Below, one piece after another: positions 7,684 to 16,088 of a stretch of 49,766 bases of DNA. How positions within the stretch are numbered: position 1 is the stretch's first letter; each line of letters starts with the position of its first letter. The position numbers and the translations under genes were made by a program. Source of the stretch: an uncultured Enterobacteriaceae bacterium (lineage in GTDB: Bacteria > Myxococcota_A > UBA796 > GCA-2862545); contig CAYMSU010000002.1 of NCBI GenBank assembly GCA_964393165.1, forward strand, positions 1 to 49,766. Direction: 5' to 3'. Under the pieces are notes generated by a model that saw nothing but the letters and a program-made list of their open reading frames with translations, ran no database searches and was not told where the DNA came from.

Positions 7684-10245
7684 ATGGCAAGATCACCAGC
7701 AGAGATCCTCGAGGAGGCGCTGGAAGGCGAGGTCGAGCACTTCGAGGCGACCCGGCTCGACGTAGGCGTGTGGCGCGTGCGAGGGCGCGTGCGATCGGAC
7801 GCCGACGACTACCGGGAAGCGCTGGCGTTTCTCGAGGACCTCGCCGCGGAGGTCCTCGAAGAGCCCGTCTTCATCGACGCGCCGGTGATCACCACCGCGC
7901 TGACGGGCCGAGAAGCCCACGCGGTCACGGCCTCTCCCGACCGCCCCCAGGACGTGCTCCACGTGCGGCAGATTGGCCCGGGTGAGCTGCGCATCGTGGT
8001 CCGCGAGGCATCAAGGAACCTGTCGTCGAAGCGCAATCGCCTGCCGCAGCTGCGCGAGAAGCTGTCCAGCTGGTCGCTCGACGTCGTGCCGGCGGGGCGG
8101 GAGATCGACGTGTCGTCGTTGACGAACCAGCCCGCGGTTGTCGCCTTCCTCGCTCCGTTCCTGCAAGCTGCAGGAATCGACCCCGACTCGGTGCACCACC
8201 ACAAGGTCGACACCAAGCGTGGGCGGCTCGACGTACTCCTCGATGCCGAGGACGAGCCTCCGCTGTCGCTGCTCAGGCTCGGGCGGCGGATCCGCGACCA
8301 GACGGACGTGGATGTGACCCTCGCGCACCGGATCGCGGGTCACCGTGCCCGCGACCTGGTCTATGCGGCGCTCGGCGAGCTCGACGCGATCGAGGGCTTC
8401 CAGGTCCAGTGGGACGACCGGATCAGCGGAGTCGCGTGCACCATCGACGCTCCCGAGGCCGCCCGGGACGGCCTGCAGCGGTTCTGCGACCGATGGTCGG
8501 AGCGGCTCGGCGTGCCGGTCCTCTTCAAGCTCGACGCCAAGCGCGAGGTCATGTCCGATCGTCTGGCCGATGCGTTCCCGGAGGACGGGATCCTCACGGC
8601 GCTTCGCCACGTGGAGGGCAAGACCTACGTCGCGAGCGCTCTGCTGCCTTTGCGGGACCACGAGGAGCTGCTCGCGTGGACCGACCGGATGGAGGAGGCT
8701 TGGGGAGTGCAGATCCTGATCGAGGATCCCCAGCTGCGCTCCCCTGACATCCGGTACGCAGATCGACTGGGCTCGGATGCGGAGACGATCGCGCTCCGCT
8801 ACAACCGACCCCGCGCGCTTCCCGACGAGGTGGTGGCGCAGGCTCGGGAGATCGTGGAGGCGTTCGATCTCGAGGCGGAGATCGCGTCGGGGCGCCGCCG
8901 AGACATCCGCGAGCTGGTCGTCATGTCCATCGACCCTGCCCGCACGAAGGATCTCGACGATGCGCTGTCGCTCGAGGCGCTGAGCGAGGGGCGGTACCGG
9001 ATCGGCGTGCACATCGCCGACGTCGCCACGTTCGTGCCCAAGGACTCTCCGCTCGACCGGGAGGCGTTGGTCCGGTCGTTCACGACCTACCTCGCGGAGG
9101 GGGAGATCCCGGTGCTTCCTCCCCTGCTGGCCGACGAGGTGTGCAGCCTGCACGGCGGGCAGGACAGCCCCGCGCTTTCTTGCTTCATCACCATGGACGA
9201 GGCCTCCCTCGACGTGGTCGATGTCGAGATCGTGCGCACGGCGATGCACAACCACTGTCGGCTGAACTACAGCCAAGCCCAGGCCGTGCTCGACGGGCAA
9301 GACCACCCTCACGCGACGGCGCTGCGCACCCTGGACCGACTCGCGCAGGCGCTGCGGGCGGCGCGCAAAGAGGCCGGAAGCCTCGACCTCAACCTGGACT
9401 CTGATCCGGAGAAGCACAGCCACCAGCTGATCGAGGAGTTCATGCTGCTGGCGAACGAGTGCGTGGCGCGCTTTCTCGTGGAGCACCATCCCGAGGGATT
9501 GTGCTTGTACCGCGTGCATCCACACGCCGGCGAGGCGGACTGGGGTGCCCTTCAGCAGGTGGCACAGTTCCTGCGGCTCGACACCAAGGTCCAGGACCAG
9601 CGCTCGATGCAGCGGGCGCTCGAGGAGGTAGCGGAGCTCTCGCGGGAGCCGGACGGTACGCTCGGCCCCTCGTTCCACGTCTTTCGGCACCACGTAGGGA
9701 GGGTCCTCCAGAAGGCGACCTACCACTTCGAGCAGCTCGGCCACGGCGCGCTCGCGAAGACCCACTACGCGCACTTCACCTCGCCGATCCGCCGCTACCC
9801 CGACCTGATCGTGCACCGCCTGATCGACGACGCCCTGTACCGCGAGGAGCGCGGGCACACGAGCAGCTACCGTCCCGAGGATCTCCTCCCCATCCAGGAG
9901 CATGTGGGGGCGATGGAGATCCGCGTCGACGCGGCGAGCTTCGAGAGCCACCGGCTCCGGGATCTGCAGGCCTTCGACCGGCGCACCCGGGTGGAGGAGG
10001 GCATCATCGTGGGCTTGATGCGCGGGTGGGCCGCGATCCGCCTCGATCGGACCGACCTGTCGGTGGGGGTGCGCTACCGGGACGACAAGACGCTCGGGAT
10101 CGAGATGCCCGTGCGGGTCAACGACCAGCACACGGGGTTCTCGCTGTCCCTCGGCGCGCGGGTCACCGCCAAGACGACGGGGGTAGACTGGACGCGGGCG
10201 AGCGTTCAGGCTGAGATCATCGGCCTGGGTGACAGTGGGTGGTAG
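7684..10245 (+). CDS. RNB-domain exoribonuclease (RNase II/R family) with a non-canonical ~400-aa N-terminal region
   Basis: 853 aa. RNB signature VVMSIDPARTKDLDDALSLE ... GVHIADVATFV ... YHFEQLGHGALAKTHYAHFTSPIRRYPDLIVHR. C-terminal S1-like segment EEGIIVGLMRGWAAIRL. Confidence 0.85.
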   Translation: MARSPAEILEEALEGEVEHFEATRLDVGVWRVRGRVRSDADDYREALAFLEDLAAEVLEEPVFIDAPVITTALTGREAHAVTASPDRPQDVLHVRQIGPGELRIVVREASRNLSSKRNRLPQLREKLSSWSLDVVPAGREIDVSSLTNQPAVVAFLAPFLQAAGIDPDSVHHHKVDTKRGRLDVLLDAEDEPPLSLLRLGRRIRDQTDVDVTLAHRIAGHRARDLVYAALGELDAIEGFQVQWDDRISGVACTIDAPEAARDGLQRFCDRWSERLGVPVLFKLDAKREVMSDRLADAFPEDGILTALRHVEGKTYVASALLPLRDHEELLAWTDRMEEAWGVQILIEDPQLRSPDIRYADRLGSDAETIALRYNRPRALPDEVVAQAREIVEAFDLEAEIASGRRRDIRELVVMSIDPARTKDLDDALSLEALSEGRYRIGVHIADVATFVPKDSPLDREALVRSFTTYLAEGEIPVLPPLLADEVCSLHGGQDSPALSCFITMDEASLDVVDVEIVRTAMHNHCRLNYSQAQAVLDGQDHPHATALRTLDRLAQALRAARKEAGSLDLNLDSDPEKHSHQLIEEFMLLANECVARFLVEHHPEGLCLYRVHPHAGEADWGALQQVAQFLRLDTKVQDQRSMQRALEEVAELSREPDGTLGPSFHVFRHHVGRVLQKATYHFEQLGHGALAKTHYAHFTSPIRRYPDLIVHRLIDDALYREERGHTSSYRPEDLLPIQEHVGAMEIRVDAASFESHRLRDLQAFDRRTRVEEGIIVGLMRGWAAIRLDRTDLSVGVRYRDDKTLGIEMPVRVNDQHTGFSLSLGARVTAKTTGVDWTRASVQAEIIGLGDSGW

Positions 10246-10248
10246 TGC

Positions 10249-10778
10249 CTACCGAAAGAACGCGCGGATTCCGGTGTAGCCCATCGGAATCGTGAACCAC
10301 TCCTCGGTGCCGTTCTCGGTGAACGCCAGGTTGAAGTTCACCTCAGCGCCCAGGTCGATGCCGACCGAGTTGCTCACGGGGAGCACCAAGCCTCCGTGGG
10401 CAGTGACGGTGAGGATGTCGAGGTCGGGGAACGTGTACGGGTCGGGCGCGTCGTCGAGCTGACGTGTGCCGTAGCCGACTCCCGCTCCGAGATACGGCGC
10501 TACCCAGTCTGCGGGCAAGAAGTAGTCCAGGCCTGCTTGACGGAGACATCGAAGCCCTCGACCTCGTCGACGAGCATGTTCAGGCCGAGCCAGAGCTCCG
10601 TGCGGTCCGCGACGAAGATGCCTCCGTTGGGCTTGATCAGGAGGTAGACGTCGGGCTCGGAGTCGACGAGGGCGATGTTCGCGGTCGCGCTCCCACCCAG
10701 CTGGTACGTGCCCCGCCGCAGGTCCAGGCCTGTGTCGTCGGCATGCGCGCCTGCCGTCATCAGGATCATCAGCAGCAT
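10249..10778 (-). pseudogene. small outer-membrane beta-barrel-like protein gene interrupted by a frameshift near 10530-10545 (pseudogene or assembly error)
   Basis: The ATG at 10778 is preceded by GGAGGAAC and gives MLLMILMTAGAHA (signal) plus beta-strand-like sequence up to ...EGFDVSVKQA. That frame then stops at 10500. The -1 frame continues GLDYFLPADWVAPYLGAGVGYG...FTIPMGYTGIRAFFR to 10249. The upstream parts of both listed ORFs are Arg-rich non-protein-like sequence. Confidence 0.6.
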
Positions 10779-10885
10779 GGTTCCTCCATGTGGCGGATGC
10801 CATCTGGTGAACCGGCAGCCGATGGGAGCCGGGGTCATCCGCGGCGCCACCTTACCGCACACGGTGCCGGAGGGGAGCCGGTGGC

Positions 10886-11821
10886 TCAGCCGAGCAGCGA
10901 GCCCACGAGGCCTTCGAGCCAGCCCTGACGCACCGGAGCGCCCGGGAACTCCTTCAGCCAACGTCGCGGCCGGTGACCCGCGCCTGTCCGGCGAGACCAT
11001 CGCGTGGCGGCCTCGGTGAGCGCGTCGGCCATCTCGAAGGCCGAGTCCCATCGCTCCTCGCGGTCCGTCGACACGCCTCGAACGACGAGGTCTCGAAACT
11101 CGGGCGGCACGCCGGTCAGCACGGTGTCGTCGATGTGCAGGAAGAGGAGCGCGCCGGGGCGTCGTCCCGTGATCAGGTGGTAGAAGGTAGCCGCGCACGC
11201 GTGAAGGTCCGCTCGTGCGTCCGCGTGCTTGGCCTGCCCCATCAGCTCCGGTGCGGCGTAGCCGTGGGATCCCATCGACGAGCCCGAGTGGGTGCGAAAG
11301 CTGACCTGGGCCTCGGGATGCCGAGCGAGGCCGAAGTCGGCGACGCGCACAGATCCGTCATGAGCGAGGAGCAGGTTGCTCGGCTTGATGTCGCGGTGGA
11401 GCATGCCCGCCCGATGGACCGCGTCGAGGCCGAGCAGCGTCTCGAAGACCCAGCGTGTTGCCTGTAGTGGGGCGATCTGCTGCTCCCTGCGGAGCCGCAT
11501 CGACAGCGTGCCGAGGGGCGCGAACTCCATCGCGTACCAGTAGAGCCCGTCGACGCTGCCGGCCTCGTAGACCTCGATGACGTTTGGGTGGCGGAGGCTC
11601 GCCAGCGCCCGGGCCTCGGCGATGAAGCGCTCGGGCGCGTTGCTGAAGCGGCCCAGGATGCGGCTGTCGAGCAGCTTGACGGCGACGAGCCGACCTCCGG
11701 CGTGGTCCCGATAGACGTGCACCGAGGCGCTGCCGCCGTCAGCGACGTGGCGCATCCACTCGAAGCGCCCATCACGAAGCCAGGGAGGCGCTACGGACTG
11801 CACTCCCTGTCGCTGAACCAT
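10886..11821 (-). CDS. Ser/Thr protein kinase (kinase domain only)
   Basis: VAVKLL, HRDIKPSNLLL, ADFGLAR, APE-like GYAAPE. ATG at 11821 (MVQRQG) is preceded by GGGAGGG; the ORF-track start at 11854 is the alternative. Confidence 0.85.
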   Translation of the reverse strand: MVQRQGVQSVAPPWLRDGRFEWMRHVADGGSASVHVYRDHAGGRLVAVKLLDSRILGRFSNAPERFIAEARALASLRHPNVIEVYEAGSVDGLYWYAMEFAPLGTLSMRLRREQQIAPLQATRWVFETLLGLDAVHRAGMLHRDIKPSNLLLAHDGSVRVADFGLARHPEAQVSFRTHSGSSMGSHGYAAPELMGQAKHADARADLHACAATFYHLITGRRPGALLFLHIDDTVLTGVPPEFRDLVVRGVSTDREERWDSAFEMADALTEAATRWSRRTGAGHRPRRWLKEFPGAPVRQGWLEGLVGSLLG

Positions 11822-11865
11822 CGACCCTCCCGTAAGCAGGGTATGGTCCCGCACATCGGGAGGGG

Positions 11866-13629
11866 TTGCGGCGCGGTTGCAGTGCCGGGCTGGCAGATCG
11901 CCGCGCTGGCGGCCAAGTGCTCCCGTGTCGAGTTGGAACGGTCGTGGTCACCTGCCCCCGCTGCCGCAGCACCTATGCGCCTCACGCGGCTCGCTGCCCG
12001 TCCTGCGGAGCGGCCGCGCCCACCGTGGCCCTGTCGCCCGCGGCGCGGCCCGAGCCGGAGGAGCTGCCGGCCACGCTGGGTCGGCACCTGCCGCCGGGTA
12101 CCCGGCTCGGCCCCTATGTCGTGCGAGGATTGATCGGGGAAGGGGGGATGTCCGCTGTCTACGCGGCACACGACGATGTCGTGGGACGGTCGGTGGCGGT
12201 GAAGGTCCTCCACCCCAACCTGGTGGGGGATCGCGGCATACGCATTCGCTTCCTGCGGGAGGGGCGAATCACCCGTGGATGGTCCCATCCCAACATCGTC
12301 CCCGTGCTCGACACGGTGAGGGTGAGCGACATCTACGGCATCGTCATGGAGCATGTGCCGGCGCCGACGCTCGCGGGCTGGCTGGAGCGGTGGCGGGGAC
12401 CGGTTCCCACCGCAGAGATCGGGCAGCTCGCCCTCGGTCTCCTGGCGGGACTGGAGGAGGCCCACGGGCGCGGCGTCGTTCACCGCGATCTCAAGCCCGG
12501 AAACGTGCTGGTCGTGAACCGCGACGTGCATCTGGTCCCTCGCATCATCGACTTCGGGATCGCGAGGGTGCTCGAGGGCACCACCTACACCCTCACCGGG
12601 GCCGTGATGGGCACGTGCCGGTACATGTCGCCAGAGCAGGTGCGCAGCGAGCCGGTGGGGCCACCGTCGGATCTGTACTCCCTCGGAGCGGTGCTCTACG
12701 AGTTGGCGACGGGGCGGCCGCCGTTCGACGACGAGCAGCCGTTCGCGGTGATGATGGCGCATACGCAGCGCGAGCCCCCGTCGGTCTCATCGCTCCGTCC
12801 CGACCTTCCGGGGCCGCTCGCAGCGGCGATCGACGAGTGCCTGAAGAAGGACGCGGCAGCGCGTCCGCCCTCCGCAAGTGGGCTGCGCGAGATCCTCGAG
12901 GGAGCCCTATCGTGCGAGTCCGAGAGGAGGTCGCCGCGTGTGGGGCGAGTGGCGAACGACCACGACCTGGTGCTTGTCGAGGCGGGGGCCTTCCTCATGG
13001 GGCCGGATCGGCGCCGGGTGTACGTCGATGCGTTCTCGTTGGATCGGCATCCGGTGACCAACCGCCAGTTCGCGTGGTTTCTCCAAGCGACCGGCTATCG
13101 GCCTGACGATCCCCGAGGCTTCCTCGCGCACTGGCCCTCGCCGGAGGGGCCAGCCCCCTCCCAGCAGCAGCTGCCTGTCGTGCACGTCTCGGTCGCCGAC
13201 GCGCTCGCGTACGCCGGCTGGCTCGGACTGCGACTCCCGACCGAGGCCGAGTGGGAGAAGAGTGCCCGGGGGGTCGATGGTAGGCGCTTCCCGTGGGGTC
13301 GCGAGGCCCCGACGAATCGCCACGCGTGGTTCGGCAAGCGCGGGGGGCCGGGAGCCATCGGTGCTCGTCCAGCTGGAGCGTCCCCCTATGGTCACCACGA
13401 TCTGGCAGGGAACGTGTGGGAGTGGTGCGGCGAGGTGGATGACCCGTCGTTCTACGCTGCGGGGCCGGATCGCAACCCGCGCCGGCCTCCGCGCGGCGAT
13501 GGTCGTCCGCAGGTGATTCGAGGAGGAGCCTGGATGTTCGACGATCCGCGGTCGTTGCGCACCTGGTCGCGGTCGAGCCAGCCCCCGGACGTCCGCCTGG
13601 CCACCGTCGGGTTTCGCTGCGCAGGGTGA
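11866..13629 (+). CDS. Ser/Thr protein kinase fused to N-terminal zinc-ribbon and C-terminal FGE-sulfatase (SUMF1-like) domain
   Basis: CPRCRSTYAPHAARCPSCG. Kinase motifs VAVKVL, HRDLKPGNVLV, DFGIAR, YMSPEQ. C-terminus has FLMGPDRRRVYVDAFSLDRHPVTNRQFAWF ... WEWC ... RGGAWMF ... GFRCAG. The exact start is uncertain (a GTG just before VVTCPRC is possible). Confidence 0.85.
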   Translation: MRRGCSAGLADRRAGGQVLPCRVGTVVVTCPRCRSTYAPHAARCPSCGAAAPTVALSPAARPEPEELPATLGRHLPPGTRLGPYVVRGLIGEGGMSAVYAAHDDVVGRSVAVKVLHPNLVGDRGIRIRFLREGRITRGWSHPNIVPVLDTVRVSDIYGIVMEHVPAPTLAGWLERWRGPVPTAEIGQLALGLLAGLEEAHGRGVVHRDLKPGNVLVVNRDVHLVPRIIDFGIARVLEGTTYTLTGAVMGTCRYMSPEQVRSEPVGPPSDLYSLGAVLYELATGRPPFDDEQPFAVMMAHTQREPPSVSSLRPDLPGPLAAAIDECLKKDAAARPPSASGLREILEGALSCESERRSPRVGRVANDHDLVLVEAGAFLMGPDRRRVYVDAFSLDRHPVTNRQFAWFLQATGYRPDDPRGFLAHWPSPEGPAPSQQQLPVVHVSVADALAYAGWLGLRLPTEAEWEKSARGVDGRRFPWGREAPTNRHAWFGKRGGPGAIGARPAGASPYGHHDLAGNVWEWCGEVDDPSFYAAGPDRNPRRPPRGDGRPQVIRGGAWMFDDPRSLRTWSRSSQPPDVRLATVGFRCAG

Positions 13630-13669
13630 GGAACGTCGGGGTGCGCTATCGTCAGCGCGGGGGGTCGGC

Positions 13670-14623
13670 GTGAGCGCACAGCTGCTCGAAGGGCTTTCGT
13701 TGGCGGGCCAGCTCTTGATGCAGCTGGCGGCGCGGCACGAGGTCGCCCCCCTCCACTACGCACGCGTGCCCCCCCTCGACGACGCGTCCGCGCTGGCGGC
13801 GGCGGAGGAGGTCCAGGAGCGGGGCCTGCTCAAGCCCGCGGCGGATGCGCCGGCCCTCTACGTGCTCACGCCGGTGGGCTACTCGCTGTGCAACGTCGTG
13901 ATGGCGCAGTTGGGCGCACTACACGAGGTGCTTCGCCCGAAGTTGGTGGAGCACGTGCGCCAGCTGTACAGCCTCGACGAAGACGCGCCGGCGATTCGCG
14001 CGCTGCGCGCCGTCGACCGGGGACGGTTCCTGCCCGAGGGCAGCCGCCCGCTCGCCGACCTCGACCTCCCTGCGCCGATCGGCATCGGGGAGATGACCAC
14101 GAGCGCTCCCCACGCCATCGTGGCCATCCTCCGGTCGGTGGCACCGCAACCAGGCGATCGCGTGCTCGTCTGCGGGGCGAAGGCGGGGATGACGATCGCC
14201 TTGTGCAGTCACCTCGTCGGGGCGTCGGGCCAGGTGACCGGACTGGACGACCACCCGGCGATCGCACGGTTCGCCGCCGAGCGGGTGGCCGAGGGGCTCG
14301 GCGCGGTGACAGAGGCGACCGGTCCGGCCGAGGTGCGGCACGTGTCCGACGTGACCCTCGGGCTACCCGACGAACCGCCCTTCCAGGTCATCATCCTCAA
14401 CGGGAGCATCCCGAAGGTGCCCCGCGATCTCCTGGGCCAGCTGTCCGAGGACGGCCGGCTCCTCGTGTTCCTGCAGGAAGCTACGGGGGACGGTCAGACC
14501 TGCTACGTGATGGACCGCCGGGGAGCTGTTCGACGCGATCCGCTCCTCAGCCGCTTCGTCTTCACGCCGATCTACGGCCGGTGGGGCTGGGATCGGGTGG
14601 AGCCCACGGACTCGGATGCCTAG
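13670..14623 (+). CDS. protein-L-isoaspartate O-methyltransferase (PIMT)-like SAM methyltransferase with extra ~130-aa N-terminal domain
   Basis: TTSAPHAIVAILRSVAPQPGDRVLVCGAKAGMTIALCSHLVGASGQVTGLD resembles the PCMT pattern (iSaPhm.a.ml..l....g.rVLeiG.GsGy..a.la.lvg..g.V..ie). Confidence 0.7.
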   Translation: MSAQLLEGLSLAGQLLMQLAARHEVAPLHYARVPPLDDASALAAAEEVQERGLLKPAADAPALYVLTPVGYSLCNVVMAQLGALHEVLRPKLVEHVRQLYSLDEDAPAIRALRAVDRGRFLPEGSRPLADLDLPAPIGIGEMTTSAPHAIVAILRSVAPQPGDRVLVCGAKAGMTIALCSHLVGASGQVTGLDDHPAIARFAAERVAEGLGAVTEATGPAEVRHVSDVTLGLPDEPPFQVIILNGSIPKVPRDLLGQLSEDGRLLVFLQEATGDGQTCYVMDRRGAVRRDPLLSRFVFTPIYGRWGWDRVEPTDSDA

Positions 14624-14707
14624 GCCGCCGTCGCCTCCGAGCCCCCAGTCGCATCGAGCCTGCACTTCACATTGAGCCGCAGTCGCATCGCACACCGAGG
14701 AGGTCCG

Positions 14708-16081
14708 GTGGCGGACGAGATCATCTCCTACCACCCCACCGAGGGGCTCACGTACGAGCCCGGAGAGGACCGCTACTGGGACCTCGAGATGCTGGACATG
14801 GAGGTGAGCCGGGTCTTCGAGGTCTGTCACGGCTGCCGAAGGTGTGCGTCGCTGTGTGGCGTGTTTCCTCGGCTGTTCGATGCGCTCGACCATCGCCACG
14901 ACGGCGATGTGCGCAAGCTGTCGGCGGCGGACATCGAGGAAGTGATGGAAGACTGCAACCAGTGCGGTCTATGCGAGCTTCAGTGCCCCTATACGCCGCG
15001 GGAGGGGCACGACTTCCAGCTCGACCTGCCGCGCCTCGTGCACCGATACAAAGCGGTGCGCACTCGACGCCGGGGCATGCGGCTGCGCGACCGGGTACTC
15101 GGAGATCCGGGTCTTCTGGGCACCATCGCGCGGGGGAGCCTCGGTCTGGTCAACGGACTGAACAAGGTCCGACTCCACAGAAGGCTCGTAGAGCAGGTCT
15201 TTGGGATCCATCGCTCGAAGGACCTTCCTGACTTCGTGTCCGTGCGCTTCGAGTCGTGGGCCCGGCGAGCGGGCTGGGTGCGCAACGACCCTGCGGTCGA
15301 GGCCGTCGTCTTCGCCACGTGCCACGTCGACAGTCACGAACCCGAGATTGGGCGGGACACGCTCGATGTGCTGCAGAAGAACCAGGTAGAGTGCAGCTGC
15401 GTGGCTGGTGCGGGCTGCTGTGGTCGGCGGGCCTGGGAGGCCGGAGACCTACGCACCGTCCGCAGGCTGGCCACGGACGTGCTCGACCGGCTCGGACCCT
15501 ATGCCGAGGCCGGCGCCAAGGTCCTTGTGCTCCAGCCGGCGTGCGCGCTCATGCTGCGTGACGAGCTCCCACGCCTGGTCGACCATCCGCAGGTAGGCCA
15601 CGTGGCTTCCGTGGTGATGGACCCCGGAGAGTTCCTCTGGTCGATCCGCAAGGAAGATCGATTCAACACAGATTTTCGGTCGGCCCCCCCGGGGGGCACG
15701 GTCGCGTACCACGCTCCGTGCCACCTCCGCACCCAGCGCGTCGGCTTTCGCGGGCGCGACCTCCTGCGAAGAATCCCGGGTACCACCGTCACGACTGTGC
15801 TGGAGTGCTGCGGGCACGACGGCACGTTCGCGCTGAAGGTCGAGTCGTTCGACGCGTCCGTCGCCCGTGGGCAGGCCGCGTTCGAGGCGATGCGCGCCTC
15901 CGGCAGCCACGTGTGGGCCTCCGAGTGCGCCAACGCCGGACTGCAGTTTCGCCAGCACGCTGGCCGCCAGAGCATGCACCCCATGAGCGTGCTCGCCCGC
16001 GCATACCGAGAGGACGGCTTTCGCGATCTCCCCATACGGGTGGGGCGACCAGCGAGCGGATCGAAGGGCCCCGCCCACTGA
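14708..16081 (+). CDS. (Fe-S)-binding oxidoreductase, 4Fe-4S dicluster + CCG (HdrD/GlpC-like) domains
   Basis: CHGCRRCASLCGVFP and CNQCGLCELQCPY cluster motifs; downstream Cys-rich CCG-like segments (CSCVAGAGCCG, AYHAPCHL, LECCGHDG). GTG at 14708 is preceded by GAGGAGG; the track start at 14672 is a TTG. Confidence 0.8.
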   Translation: MADEIISYHPTEGLTYEPGEDRYWDLEMLDMEVSRVFEVCHGCRRCASLCGVFPRLFDALDHRHDGDVRKLSAADIEEVMEDCNQCGLCELQCPYTPREGHDFQLDLPRLVHRYKAVRTRRRGMRLRDRVLGDPGLLGTIARGSLGLVNGLNKVRLHRRLVEQVFGIHRSKDLPDFVSVRFESWARRAGWVRNDPAVEAVVFATCHVDSHEPEIGRDTLDVLQKNQVECSCVAGAGCCGRRAWEAGDLRTVRRLATDVLDRLGPYAEAGAKVLVLQPACALMLRDELPRLVDHPQVGHVASVVMDPGEFLWSIRKEDRFNTDFRSAPPGGTVAYHAPCHLRTQRVGFRGRDLLRRIPGTTVTTVLECCGHDGTFALKVESFDASVARGQAAFEAMRASGSHVWASECANAGLQFRQHAGRQSMHPMSVLARAYREDGFRDLPIRVGRPASGSKGPAH

Positions 16082-16088
16082 GGCCTGT

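Noticed and set aside
8011-10131. 706-aa minus-strand ORF
   Set aside because: Shadow ORF antisense to the RNB ribonuclease gene; no motifs and Arg/Leu/Val-rich composition.
10500-11198. 232-aa and 184-aa ORFs as two intact overlapping genes
   Set aside because: The N-terminal portions of both are Arg-rich nonsense. The protein-like parts join into one signal-peptide-bearing beta-rich protein across a frameshift.
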